Part shown: piece after piece, positions 10,837 to 20,819 of the stretch
Position numbering within the stretch: position 1 is the first letter of the stretch
Layout of the letters: each line of letters starts with the position of its first letter
Assembly: GCA_963695855.1 (NCBI GenBank)
Contig: CAVOHZ010000003.1
Span: forward strand, 1-64,000
Length of the DNA stretch: 64,000 nt
Direction: 5' to 3'
DNA from: an uncultured Nitrososphaerales archaeon
Lineage (GTDB): Archaea > Thermoproteota > Nitrososphaeria > Nitrososphaerales > Nitrososphaeraceae
Translations under genes and position numbers: made by a program
Notes under the pieces: generated by a model
The model's input: only the letters and a program-made list of their open reading frames with translations
Database searches by the model: none
What the model was told of the DNA's origin: nothing

Positions 10837-11457
10837 ATGGTTGAACGTGCGCTTAAATCAACGTTTTATGTAAGAATTGTCACATTTACAACATTACTGC
10901 TATTAACTCTCTTTTCTAATCAGCAATATAGTATTACTAATGCACAACAAGAAGAAGAGCCAGAGACCAAACAAAAAGAAATAATAAAATATTCATCAGG
11001 AAAGGGTGGATTCGATTTATCAATAGAGGGTACAAAAATAAATGACAAGATCAAGGGAAGCGAGGGAAATGATGAAATCTATGGGGATAAAGGCAATGAT
11101 CTTTTGGATAGCGGTCTAGGGAATGATGAACTGTACGGAAATGACGGTAATGACAAGTTGAAAGCAGGAAAAGGTAATGATTTGCTGGAAGGAGGTAAAG
11201 GGAATGATGCTCTTAAAGGGTATCAAGGTAACGACACATTAGTTGGTGGATCAGGAAATGATAGATTAGAAGGAGGTAAAGGCGCTGATAGTCTTCAGGG
11301 AGACAAAGGAGCAGATACTTTTGTATGCGACATTGAAGACCAAATAATAGATTTTAAGGCAAAGGAAGGAGATACGTTATCAGAGGGCTGCACAAATAAA
11401 GAATTTTCCGCTAAAACCATAACGGCTTCTTCTGGTATAAACAATGAGGTACCTTGA
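10837..11457 (+). CDS. Secreted RTX/hemolysin-type calcium-binding repeat protein
   Basis: Signal peptide followed by about 10 GGxGxDxL nonapeptides. Confidence 0.9.
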   Translation: MVERALKSTFYVRIVTFTTLLLLTLFSNQQYSITNAQQEEEPETKQKEIIKYSSGKGGFDLSIEGTKINDKIKGSEGNDEIYGDKGNDLLDSGLGNDELYGNDGNDKLKAGKGNDLLEGGKGNDALKGYQGNDTLVGGSGNDRLEGGKGADSLQGDKGADTFVCDIEDQIIDFKAKEGDTLSEGCTNKEFSAKTITASSGINNEVP

Positions 11458-11617
11458 TAGTCAAAAGTACGGAGTCTTACTTTCTTTTGTTACCGTTTAT
11501 TGTTTATTGATCATTGTTTATTGTATTTTTAATAAGGTGAATGTAATGAACGATTTTTTTAAATTTTATACAGATATATGGTAATAAAAAATATTGGGAA
11601 ATCTTTTGTTATCTCGA

Positions 11618-11836
11618 TTAAGTGACGTCAGGTATATCATCCATTTCTGATGAAACATGTGAAGTCGTTTGATTTGTTATATTTACTGGTGGTATTGGTT
11701 TAATTTCTTCTTGCTCTTGACCTACTGCGGGATTAATAAATCCGCCAGATAACGAGAGGAAAGAGAGAATAAGAACTGTTGACAGCAATATAGTGGAAAA
11801 TAAAATCATATTTACATTCATACTCTTATTATGCAT
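11618..11836 (-). CDS. Small secreted hypothetical protein
   Basis: Signal peptide ending AVG-Q and a short acidic mature part. Confidence 0.5.
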   Translation of the reverse strand: MHNKSMNVNMILFSTILLSTVLILSFLSLSGGFINPAVGQEQEEIKPIPPVNITNQTTSHVSSEMDDIPDVT

Positions 11837-11980
11837 TTAATAGTATTAAAATATTAAAGTATTATTTTAGATTTTAAACCAATTATTAATATAAATATTT
11901 TAATTATTTGCCGTCTACAAAAGTAATAGTTTCGTAGATTTTTTATCTTTTATTTTTTTATCATAAATTATCACAATTTT

Positions 11981-13270
11981 TCACTTGTTTTTTTCTTCAA
12001 CCTTATAAATTGTTCCTTTTGTGTCATAATCTCCTTCTGTTTTCTTATCAAGAATATATAGAAATCCATCGTAAGGATTAACCCGCATATCCAATAAACC
12101 ATTAAATCCTTCAGCAAAAAGAAATCTTTTAGTATCTCGCTCATCGTTTGAATTGTTTATCACTATCAAATTATTTCTATTACGATCGAGGTCAAATTCG
12201 AATATTTGATTTGTATCTGATGAAACCAACAAATTGTGAGTATTTTTCTTTCCTAAATAGTGCGAATGCAAAAATAATAGTGATTTTAGAGGAATATTGA
12301 CCTCTTCCGTATGCTTTAAATCGTCATAATAATCTCTCTCAGTACAAAGAAAATTCTCATTTTTATTCACATTTTTAATCAAAACCGTATTCATGGAACT
12401 ATTATTATCTATCGGTTGTACTAACATACGGATTTCACTCCCATTATTGGCTTCGTCTTCCAAATACCAAAGTGTACCACTATATGGGTCAAAATCTGCT
12501 CCAAAGGGATAGGATAGTCCATGACCATCGTGTGATCCGATGTAAACGTTTTGACTTGATAATTTGCTGTTAAAATCATTTTCCAAATTTGTTTGAATAA
12601 AACACTCTCTCCAACTCATTTCTCTTTTCACAGGATCCGTTAAAGTAATAGCACCATCAATACCGGATTCTTTCTTGAGATTTTCTATATTGAGATAGAG
12701 ATTATTATCTGGACCTAATCTAATTATTCCTTCGTCTTTAATGGAATCTTGAAAAGATTTAAGGGAGAACAATAATACAGGATTCATTAGGACATTTTTT
12801 TCATCATCAAGTTCATACCTATAAACTAGATCTTTGCAATTATCCCTTGGGTTACACTGAGTATAGTAGAGAAATATATAATGCGTGAAAATACCGTCTT
12901 TAGTTATATCCTTTGAGATTATTCCTTTCATAAAGATCTCTTTACCACCTTCGGTATCTAATTTTAAAATAGGTTTTCCAACCAGATCCCCGTCAATTAC
13001 TCTCTTTATAAAACCTTGTTTTTCATAAATCAAAATATCATTAGGTCCAGCAAAACCAAGATAAACAGGAGAGTCAAATCCATCATATATTGATTGAATT
13101 TCTACTGATTTATCATAAACCTCAACTTCTTTCTCTTTATTAGAATTTTCTTTTATATCATCGTCATTGTTATCTGGTTGTGAATAAACATTCAGGATAA
13201 CTAATCCTGAAATCAAGATAAAGATAATAAAAATAATTGTGAAACATGATGTTAACTTCAATACTTTCAT
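11981..13270 (-). CDS. Degenerate PQQ-dependent sugar dehydrogenase (GSDH)-like beta-propeller
   Basis: GFDSPVYLGFAGPNDILI, LGPDNNLY, FGADFDPYSGTLW, FAEGF..L.D; canonical HxGG and GxRN motifs are lost. Confidence 0.75.
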   Translation of the reverse strand: MKVLKLTSCFTIIFIIFILISGLVILNVYSQPDNNDDDIKENSNKEKEVEVYDKSVEIQSIYDGFDSPVYLGFAGPNDILIYEKQGFIKRVIDGDLVGKPILKLDTEGGKEIFMKGIISKDITKDGIFTHYIFLYYTQCNPRDNCKDLVYRYELDDEKNVLMNPVLLFSLKSFQDSIKDEGIIRLGPDNNLYLNIENLKKESGIDGAITLTDPVKREMSWRECFIQTNLENDFNSKLSSQNVYIGSHDGHGLSYPFGADFDPYSGTLWYLEDEANNGSEIRMLVQPIDNNSSMNTVLIKNVNKNENFLCTERDYYDDLKHTEEVNIPLKSLLFLHSHYLGKKNTHNLLVSSDTNQIFEFDLDRNRNNLIVINNSNDERDTKRFLFAEGFNGLLDMRVNPYDGFLYILDKKTEGDYDTKGTIYKVEEKNK

Positions 13271-13456
13271 AACTATCTTCTAGTAGAATGTGCTATATTA
13301 AATTTAAATTTACTTTATACAAAAGTGTCAATTTCGTGATAGTAATAATATTTTCATTGTATTTCTGACCTAAATACAAACTTGATTGAAAGACACAGGT
13401 TTTTGCTTTTTGTCTTTTAAAAGATCCAAATCCAATTAATATGTATTTATGATGAA

Positions 13457-15307
13457 CTAACATGGGGAAAATACTTGCATACGTTGATTGCCCCTGTCGA
13501 CAACATATACATCTCCTTTAGAATCAAGGTTTACATGTTCTGGTTTATGAAATTCTCCATTTCCTATTCCTAACTTTCCAAAGCTTGTGATAAATGTTCC
13601 GTTAGTATCAAACACCTGTATACGAGGATTGCCTGCACCGTCTACCATAAACACATGGTCGGCAAAATCAACTTCTAAGTGTTCCAATGGTAATGTAAAT
13701 TGACCATTTCCACTGCCCGCAGACCCCCATTGTTTTATGAAAGTTCCATTATTTGTAAATTTCTGAATCCTTGCATTTTCTAATTCATTAACGTAAATGT
13801 TTCCTTCAGAGTCCACATCTATTCCATGCGGATGAATAAATTCACCAGGTCCTGTTCCATTTTTACCAAATTTTGAGACAAAATTAAAATTCTTATCAAA
13901 TAAGAGTATCCGATCGTTTCCAGTGTCTGTTAAATAGAAATTTCCTTTTTTATCTATGGTCATATCTTCAGGATTTGAAAATTGATTTATCCCTTCCTCT
14001 CGTTTAGTTCCATCTTTTTTATCTTGAACATCTTGATTGATTGCTTCGGAATCGCCTTGAATTGAATTCCATGATTTGATTGGAGTTCCATTGGTATACA
14101 TCTTTTGAACACGATCATTTCCTCTATCGATGATGTATAGATAATCGTTTGGATCAATTATCATACTATAGGGATTTTGAAATTGTCCTAAATGTTTACC
14201 TTTTTCTCCAAATTTTGAAATAAATTTTCCGTCAGGAGTAAATTTTTGTACGTCGTTACGTTCCCGGTCATTTACATATATATCGCCTTTAGAATCAAAT
14301 ACTACATCATGTGGACGTAAAAATTGTCCATCCCCCGTGCCTGAGGAACCCCATTGCGACCTGTAACAATATGCCACTGTACTAGTTGCGTTTGTTGTTG
14401 GCAGTACTGTTGTTGCTGTCTTTGCTGCCGTACTAGTTGCGTTTGTTGTTGGCAGTACTGTTGTTGCTGTCTTTGCTGCCGTACTAGTTGCGTTTGTTGT
14501 TGGCAGTACTGTTGTTGCTGTCTTTGCTGCCGTACTAGTTGCGTTTGTTGTTGGCAGTACTGTTGTTGCTGTCTTTGCTGCCGTACTAGTTGCGTTTGTT
14601 GTTGGCAGTACTGTTGTTGCTGTCTTTGCTGCCGTACTAGTTGCGTTTGTTGTTGGCAGTACTGTTGTTGCTGTCTTTGCTGCCGTACTAGTTGCGTTTG
14701 TTGTTGGCAGTACTGTTGTTGCTGTCTTTGCTGCCGTACTAGTTGCGTTTGTTGTTGGCAGTACTGTTGTTGCTGTCTTTGCTGCCGTACTAGTTGCGTT
14801 TGTTGTTGGCAGTACTGTTGTTGCTGTCTTTGCTGCCGTACTAGTTGCGTTTGTTGTTGGCAGTACTGTTGTTGCTGTCTTTGCTGCCGTACTAGTTGCG
14901 TTTGTTGTTGGCAGTACTGTTGTTGCTGTCTTTGCTGCCGTACTAGTTGCGTTTGTTGTTGGCAGTACTGTTGTTGCTGTCTTTGCTGCCGTACTAGTTG
15001 CGTTTGTTGTTGGCAGTACTGTTGTTGCTGTCTTTGCTGCCGTACTAGTTGCGTTTGTTGTTGGCAGTACTGTTGTTGCTGTCTTTGCTGCCGTACTAGT
15101 TGCGTTTGTTGTTGGCAGTACCGTTGTTGCTGTCTTTGCTGCCGTACTAGTTGCGTTTGTTGTTGGCAGTACTGTTGTCGTGTTTTTTTGCCCATTTTTA
15201 TCTTGTTGACCGTATGATAAAGAAACCGGAGTATCGATCGAATTTATAATAGAAATAGAACAGACTAAATTAATAATAATCAGAATTGATAAGGATATTC
15301 TAATCAA
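13457..15307 (-). CDS. Secreted NHL-repeat beta-propeller with Thr-rich repetitive stalk
   Basis: Signal peptide, ~16x TTVLPTTNATSTAAKTA, then NHL repeats (GxGxGQF..P..., D..N.R.QKF). Confidence 0.9.
   Translation of the reverse strand: MIRISLSILIIINLVCSISIINSIDTPVSLSYGQQDKNGQKNTTTVLPTTNATSTAAKTATTVLPTTNATSTAAKTATTVLPTTNATSTAAKTATTVLPTTNATSTAAKTATTVLPTTNATSTAAKTATTVLPTTNATSTAAKTATTVLPTTNATSTAAKTATTVLPTTNATSTAAKTATTVLPTTNATSTAAKTATTVLPTTNATSTAAKTATTVLPTTNATSTAAKTATTVLPTTNATSTAAKTATTVLPTTNATSTAAKTATTVLPTTNATSTAAKTATTVLPTTNATSTAAKTATTVLPTTNATSTVAYCYRSQWGSSGTGDGQFLRPHDVVFDSKGDIYVNDRERNDVQKFTPDGKFISKFGEKGKHLGQFQNPYSMIIDPNDYLYIIDRGNDRVQKMYTNGTPIKSWNSIQGDSEAINQDVQDKKDGTKREEGINQFSNPEDMTIDKKGNFYLTDTGNDRILLFDKNFNFVSKFGKNGTGPGEFIHPHGIDVDSEGNIYVNELENARIQKFTNNGTFIKQWGSAGSGNGQFTLPLEHLEVDFADHVFMVDGAGNPRIQVFDTNGTFITSFGKLGIGNGEFHKPEHVNLDSKGDVYVVDRGNQRMQVFSPC
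14379..15178. repeat. 51-bp coding tandem repeat, ~15.7 copies
   Basis: Directly visible; near perfect, with one silent variant near 15121. Confidence 0.98.
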
Positions 15308-15973
15308 TCGGTTTATTTCATATTCTAGACTATATTAATTTATAGCAGTTTTTACGTCTAAATAATTGAAGTAATGATTTTGGTATTTTTTTGTCGTAAG
15401 GCATAAAAAACGCTAGTATTTATAAAAATAAAACCAATTAATACTTTATTATTGATTTAATTCTTTATTTATGAGATTATTAGAATTAATTTTTTTATTC
15501 ATTACAAATTGAAAATAAAAAATATGAAGATCTTATTATGAGCATGAATGATATACAAATAACGCTAACTAAATTATAATTCGTTTTTTTACTGCAGACT
15601 TGCCAAAAACGATCCATATTTCAATAGATGAGAATTTTCTAACGAAATGAGCAAGCGTAAAGATAAATATGTTCCAAATATATTCTAATTCTGAAAAGGT
15701 TCGTTTAGCTAGTTGTATTACTATATTTTCTTTAGGTTTAATAAAAATTAAAATATGAATATCTTAGCTTATAAGGTTCAACTCATGTGAGAAACTATCT
15801 GATAATGATATAGCATACCCCTTTGGAGTATTACAGTAAATTTTTTCAATTATTTCATATCTCACCTATCGAAGATATAACCAACCATAAGTAAAATAAT
15901 ATAGATATATATTCTAATTCGAAAAGAAATGATTTATGCTATTTCACTAGTTATTTATAGAATAATCCTACTT

Positions 15974-16888
15974 TTATTTAAAAAAGCTATCCTTCCTTGC
16001 AAATACTTGATTCCCATTATCAAAACTCTTTATAAGTCTCTTCTCACAGTGTGAGTGTTCTGGTGGAGCTAATTCCTCTCCAGTGACACAAATAAAAAAC
16101 ATATCTCCTATCTGTACTTGTCCCAATTCAGTATTTCTGTTAAAGATAAATGGAATATCTAATATATCATTGCCACTCTTATCGTCCAGATTTTGTAACT
16201 CTTCTTTTGCATTTATTGTTTTTACCTCGTATTCCCCCCTTACCATCCCTACTACATTTATTTGATCAACTTCGTCAGTCTTATCGTATAGTGGAATTTT
16301 TGCATTTAATTTCACTTCTTTAGCAGTATTATCGCCCTTAATATTTAATTTGTTAAGGTTTACACTTGCATTAAATTTGTTCAGAGCATAGAAGAGCTTG
16401 GCTGAATTTTTGTCCGTTGAAACTATATTTCCTTCGTCACAATCAAAGACTGGAATTTCAGTATTTTGAATATTTGCTAATTTTTGTATCTCAGTATTAG
16501 AAACATAACCGCAAACAAAATATTGATCCTTTATTCCAATGGACGATATATCATTACTTTTATCGTATTCTAAATCTTTGATCAGTATATTATTTGTCGC
16601 CTGCGATTTTTCTTTTGCTAGATCTATATAAACTTCCTTTGCCTCTCCATTAACATATGATATCACTTTTATCGTTTTTGCATTTTGATCTATATTGTTT
16701 AAATTCAATTTTATTTTGAGTTTCATTGTTCCTTTTTGTTTATTATCATCTTTTTCATCTTGATCACTTTCATCATCTGATGCAGCATATGCTAGATTTG
16801 TGATATTATAAGAAAAAAATAAAGTAAATAAAAGAATAGCTAAACTTACAAAGCAAAAAATAAATAACTTGTTATTTACAGAGGTCAT
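15974..16888 (-). CDS. Secreted two-domain Cys-containing hypothetical protein (paralog of 25415-26293)
   Basis: Signal peptide (AYA); shared YFVCGY, DCxEG, MVxGEY, QxGDxFFxC and CExRLIKxFD motifs. Confidence 0.75.
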   Translation of the reverse strand: MTSVNNKLFIFCFVSLAILLFTLFFSYNITNLAYAASDDESDQDEKDDNKQKGTMKLKIKLNLNNIDQNAKTIKVISYVNGEAKEVYIDLAKEKSQATNNILIKDLEYDKSNDISSIGIKDQYFVCGYVSNTEIQKLANIQNTEIPVFDCDEGNIVSTDKNSAKLFYALNKFNASVNLNKLNIKGDNTAKEVKLNAKIPLYDKTDEVDQINVVGMVRGEYEVKTINAKEELQNLDDKSGNDILDIPFIFNRNTELGQVQIGDMFFICVTGEELAPPEHSHCEKRLIKSFDNGNQVFARKDSFFK

Positions 16889-17220
16889 TTGATTCTATTT
16901 TTCATCCCTATATTATAAATATGCTCTGTGGTGCAATTAAATAATATGATTGATTTTAATTAACCTTTATAATTCAAGATTGTTATAATAATTTAAAAGC
17001 TGGGATATGATTAATTTTCATTTATCTTACATTTTATAAAAAACGTTTTTTAAAACAACACTTGAAATATCCTAATATTGTGGACAGTCTTCATGAACTC
17101 GAGATATAGGCATAAGTACCAGAAGTCTAGGATTTTTTTTAGGAATTTTGCATAAAGATAAAGGTAAGTTGAAATAAAAAATTATATTGATTACACTCAT
17201 TATTCGATTCAATATTAGAT

Positions 17221-19386
17221 TTAGTTAAATTTATTAATATTTTCTGCTTGTAGAATATCTGCTTTAATAGTGAAGAGTGCTGTAAAGGATTCACTTTCAG
17301 CATTTTGTATTTGTATCGAATTTCCTAGAAACGGAATAGATAAATCATATTTATCTCCACTTTTCTTTTCAATTGACGCTATCGTTGTTGGAATATACTC
17401 ATCTTGTTGTATATCTGCTTTAAAAGGTGAATCTGGACCACTTTCAAGCGATGGTATATTTATAAAAGTATTTGAATTTATTTCATAATTATTTAGGGAA
17501 AGAACATCTATTGGTTGGTTAGATGAAAGAGTCAGAATTCCAGAGTATATAGCACCATCTTCTCTTGGTGGAAGAATTACAGCTGTTTGGTAAGTTTTAG
17601 ATTTTTTACCTTCTTGGACTTCTTTTGGTAATGAAGATAGTATTCCTTTCAATATTATCTGGTCACCTATTTCAGATTCGTTTACAATTTTTGATATTTG
17701 GTCAAAGTTCATTTTTGCAGTATCATTATTGGGTTTTATATCAACGGTTGTAATAGCAGCATCATTTTTAGCATCTATGAGTGTTTCAGTAGAAACTTTA
17801 GATGTTTTTGTGATTAAGTCTGCTATACTTTTTGCATCTATCTTTGGTTTTTCAGCTTGTTTAGGTGCCATTTTAGTCAAAGCATCTAGAACTGAGACAC
17901 CAATGTCTGGCTTCTCTGCTTGGTCTGCCTGCTGAACCTGGTCTGCCTGCTGAACCTGGTCTGCCTGCTGGGCTACATTCTCTTGCATTATATTACCTTC
18001 AGTGGGGACTATTCGGTATACCGCTCCGGATACCACAGTTGATCCCTTCTTTCTATTTTCATTTGATCCCGAAACAACATACATATCACCACTTCCTGGC
18101 TCAATCTTTATGTCGGTAACATAGCTAAATCCATCAGCAAACAAAATATCTTGAAATTCTTTTTTATCTTTCGCGATCTTGTCAGCTAGTGTTCCATCTA
18201 AAAGTAATTCATCCCTCTGATCATTTAAATTAAAATTGAATATTCTACCGCCATCAAAAGAACCCACAAATATGTCATTTTCATACTGGTTACCAAGACT
18301 TTTTGATTGATAAAAAACGAGTGCTGTTGGTGCCACAGTTTTATCCCATATAAATTTTGGTGAACCATAATATCCCTTTCCAACATATAACAGATCAGTG
18401 GGTTTTTCAGCCGCCACGGTGTCATAAGTCTTAGAAGATTTATCTAATTTCAGCTTGTTTCCAATACCATCACTATGCCATATTCCAAAAATTTTTTCTG
18501 CTCCGCTATTAAATCCAGGTTCAACAAGATTTATTTCATCTGCGAAATAGGGACCGTTCTCACTGTCCCATAATTTGCCAGTCAAAGGATCGAAATCCAT
18601 TCCAAAACTGTTTCTAACTCCATAAGCATAATACAAGTTAAGAGGATATTCACTTCCAAGTATTCCCCCACCAACTGGTTTGCCATCTTGTGTTATCCGA
18701 AGTATTCCACCTCTTCCATCAAAATCATGGCCGTCTTCATAATTTTGGCTCTTACTTTCATAACGAATAGTTGGAACGCTTCTTTGAAAATTTCCGACGC
18801 TCAAATAGAGATTTCCATCCGGACCAACTTGCACTATGCCTCCTATGTGCGAAGTCTCTGGAAATGAAGGAATTCCTAACAACAATTTTGGATTTATAAG
18901 GAGATTGTTCGTATTGTCAAGTTCGTATCTATAAATTCGGTTCTCGCAGTTTTGGGACTTGCCTTCACACTGCACAGCATACAAAAATACATAATGAGTA
19001 ATATCGTTAGTATTCAGCGCCGTGCCATTCGTATTATCAGGTGTTTTTATTTCACTGATAGCTATTCCTAGTAGACCTCTCTCGTCTTTTTTACTTACAT
19101 CGATCTGTAATAGTGGCTTTTCTATGGTTTTACCATCAATTACCCTTTTAACAAGACCCGTATCTTTTTCAAGGATTAAAAAGTCATTGGGACCTAAAAA
19201 GGCCATAGTGGTGGGAAAGTTGAATCCATCTGCAACTAATTCTATCTTCAGGTTTGGATCATAAACAGTTGGTACGACATTGACCTTTTCTGAACTCTGT
19301 CCATAAGATTTTATATTGCCAGGATTTAATACCATTAGAATAACCATACTAAAAATCAAATATGTTATGAATGAGGCAATTTTCAT
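17221..19386 (-). CDS. PQQ-dependent sugar dehydrogenase (GSDH) family protein with C-terminal extra domain
   Basis: ERGLLGIA, HIGG, GPDGNLY, YAYGVRNSFGMDFDP, ENGP...DEIN; QQADQV linker repeats; C-terminal ILPPREDGAIYSG domain. Confidence 0.88.
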   Translation of the reverse strand: MKIASFITYLIFSMVILMVLNPGNIKSYGQSSEKVNVVPTVYDPNLKIELVADGFNFPTTMAFLGPNDFLILEKDTGLVKRVIDGKTIEKPLLQIDVSKKDERGLLGIAISEIKTPDNTNGTALNTNDITHYVFLYAVQCEGKSQNCENRIYRYELDNTNNLLINPKLLLGIPSFPETSHIGGIVQVGPDGNLYLSVGNFQRSVPTIRYESKSQNYEDGHDFDGRGGILRITQDGKPVGGGILGSEYPLNLYYAYGVRNSFGMDFDPLTGKLWDSENGPYFADEINLVEPGFNSGAEKIFGIWHSDGIGNKLKLDKSSKTYDTVAAEKPTDLLYVGKGYYGSPKFIWDKTVAPTALVFYQSKSLGNQYENDIFVGSFDGGRIFNFNLNDQRDELLLDGTLADKIAKDKKEFQDILFADGFSYVTDIKIEPGSGDMYVVSGSNENRKKGSTVVSGAVYRIVPTEGNIMQENVAQQADQVQQADQVQQADQAEKPDIGVSVLDALTKMAPKQAEKPKIDAKSIADLITKTSKVSTETLIDAKNDAAITTVDIKPNNDTAKMNFDQISKIVNESEIGDQIILKGILSSLPKEVQEGKKSKTYQTAVILPPREDGAIYSGILTLSSNQPIDVLSLNNYEINSNTFINIPSLESGPDSPFKADIQQDEYIPTTIASIEKKSGDKYDLSIPFLGNSIQIQNAESESFTALFTIKADILQAENINKFN

Positions 19387-19652
19387 TTTTTTTAATTTAT
19401 TTCACTATATCGAAATTGATATTTAAGAATTACAATACAATTCTCTAAATCTTGTATACTTATTTTTTTAATTATAAATCAATTAATTGAAAATAGAAAT
19501 AATAAAGCGATGACGGTACTGAAACCATAATATATAACTACTAATTCGCATCAGGAAAAAACAAAAATCATTGATTTTTGTAAAGATATATTAAAAATAT
19601 CTTATTTTGGCGATCCTGCTCTATTTTAGTTTAACATTAAACATACAGCTTA

Positions 19653-20645
19653 TCATTTACTTATCTTGAAATGTTGAATTCTTGAATTCTTCGTATCGCT
19701 TATATAGACATCTCCGTTTTGTTGGTTAATTGCAATATCTTCAGGTTTATTAAATTCTCCATCACTAGATCCTTTTGCCCCCCACATTGTTATAAATTTG
19801 CCATTACTATCGAATTTCTGAATTACTGACTGCAATCTGTCTACAATGTAGATATTATTTAAATTATCAATTGCTATTCCCGGGATACTATAAGAAAATT
19901 TTCCTTCTCCACTTCCCTTTCCTCCCCACATTGTTATAAATTTGCCATCACTATCAAATTTCTGAACACGAGAATTTCCCATATCCGTTACATAGACATT
20001 GTTATTTGAATCCGTTACGACTCCATGAGGCTTGGAAAATTGACCAGCTCCTTGACCATCAGAACCCCATTTTTTTATAAATTTACCACTACTATCAAAT
20101 TTTAGGACTTCGGAATTTCCTCTATCAGGAAGATATACAAATCCATTAGAGTTTACATATATTTGATGTGGTGTTCTATTTTCCGCATCACCGCCAGTTT
20201 CACCATATCCAAATTTTGAAATAAACGTTCCATTAGGATAAAATTTCTGTACACGATGATTATCTAGTTCTACTGTGTAGATAAAATTTTTCTGATTATC
20301 GACAGCAATATCATGCAATGAAAGAAATTGACCATTCCCTGATCCCTTGCTACCCCATTTTGTTACAAAAGTACCGTCTGGAGAAAATTTTTGAACCCTG
20401 TCATTTCCAGTATCCGTCACATAAATAAAACCAAACTTATCTATAGCGATACTGTGTGGAATCACAAAATTGCCATCTTCCTGTCCCTCTGTTCCCCATG
20501 TATTTGCCAGAATATATTTATCCTGATTTACAACAGCAAAAACCTCTAAATTTTCGTTTACATGAAAAAATAAAAGAAGAGAACCGGATAAAAGAATGAG
20601 CAAGTGTATTTTACACGTAATAAAGAAACGGATACCACTATTCAT
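19653..20645 (-). CDS. Secreted NHL-repeat six-bladed beta-propeller
   Basis: Signal peptide and six NHL repeats (PHS, LHD, PHQ, PHG, IPG, PED). Confidence 0.9.
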   Translation of the reverse strand: MNSGIRFFITCKIHLLILLSGSLLLFFHVNENLEVFAVVNQDKYILANTWGTEGQEDGNFVIPHSIAIDKFGFIYVTDTGNDRVQKFSPDGTFVTKWGSKGSGNGQFLSLHDIAVDNQKNFIYTVELDNHRVQKFYPNGTFISKFGYGETGGDAENRTPHQIYVNSNGFVYLPDRGNSEVLKFDSSGKFIKKWGSDGQGAGQFSKPHGVVTDSNNNVYVTDMGNSRVQKFDSDGKFITMWGGKGSGEGKFSYSIPGIAIDNLNNIYIVDRLQSVIQKFDSNGKFITMWGAKGSSDGEFNKPEDIAINQQNGDVYISDTKNSRIQHFKISK

Positions 20646-20819
20646 TATTATTTCTGTTAATACTAGTACAACATATAACTATAACCCGATACAATTCAGA
20701 ATTGAAAACATAGTTTTTTTATTATTATTTCTAAAAATTGTTTAGTTACTTTTTATCCTTTGCACTTGTGAATATAATTATGAATTTTTTTAATTATTAA
20801 AATTCAAGTTAAAAAAAGG

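Noticed and set aside
14302-15217. Gln-rich 297-aa and Cys-rich 287-aa ORFs
   Set aside because: Alternative frames of the 51-bp repeat inside the NHL gene; they end where the repeat ends
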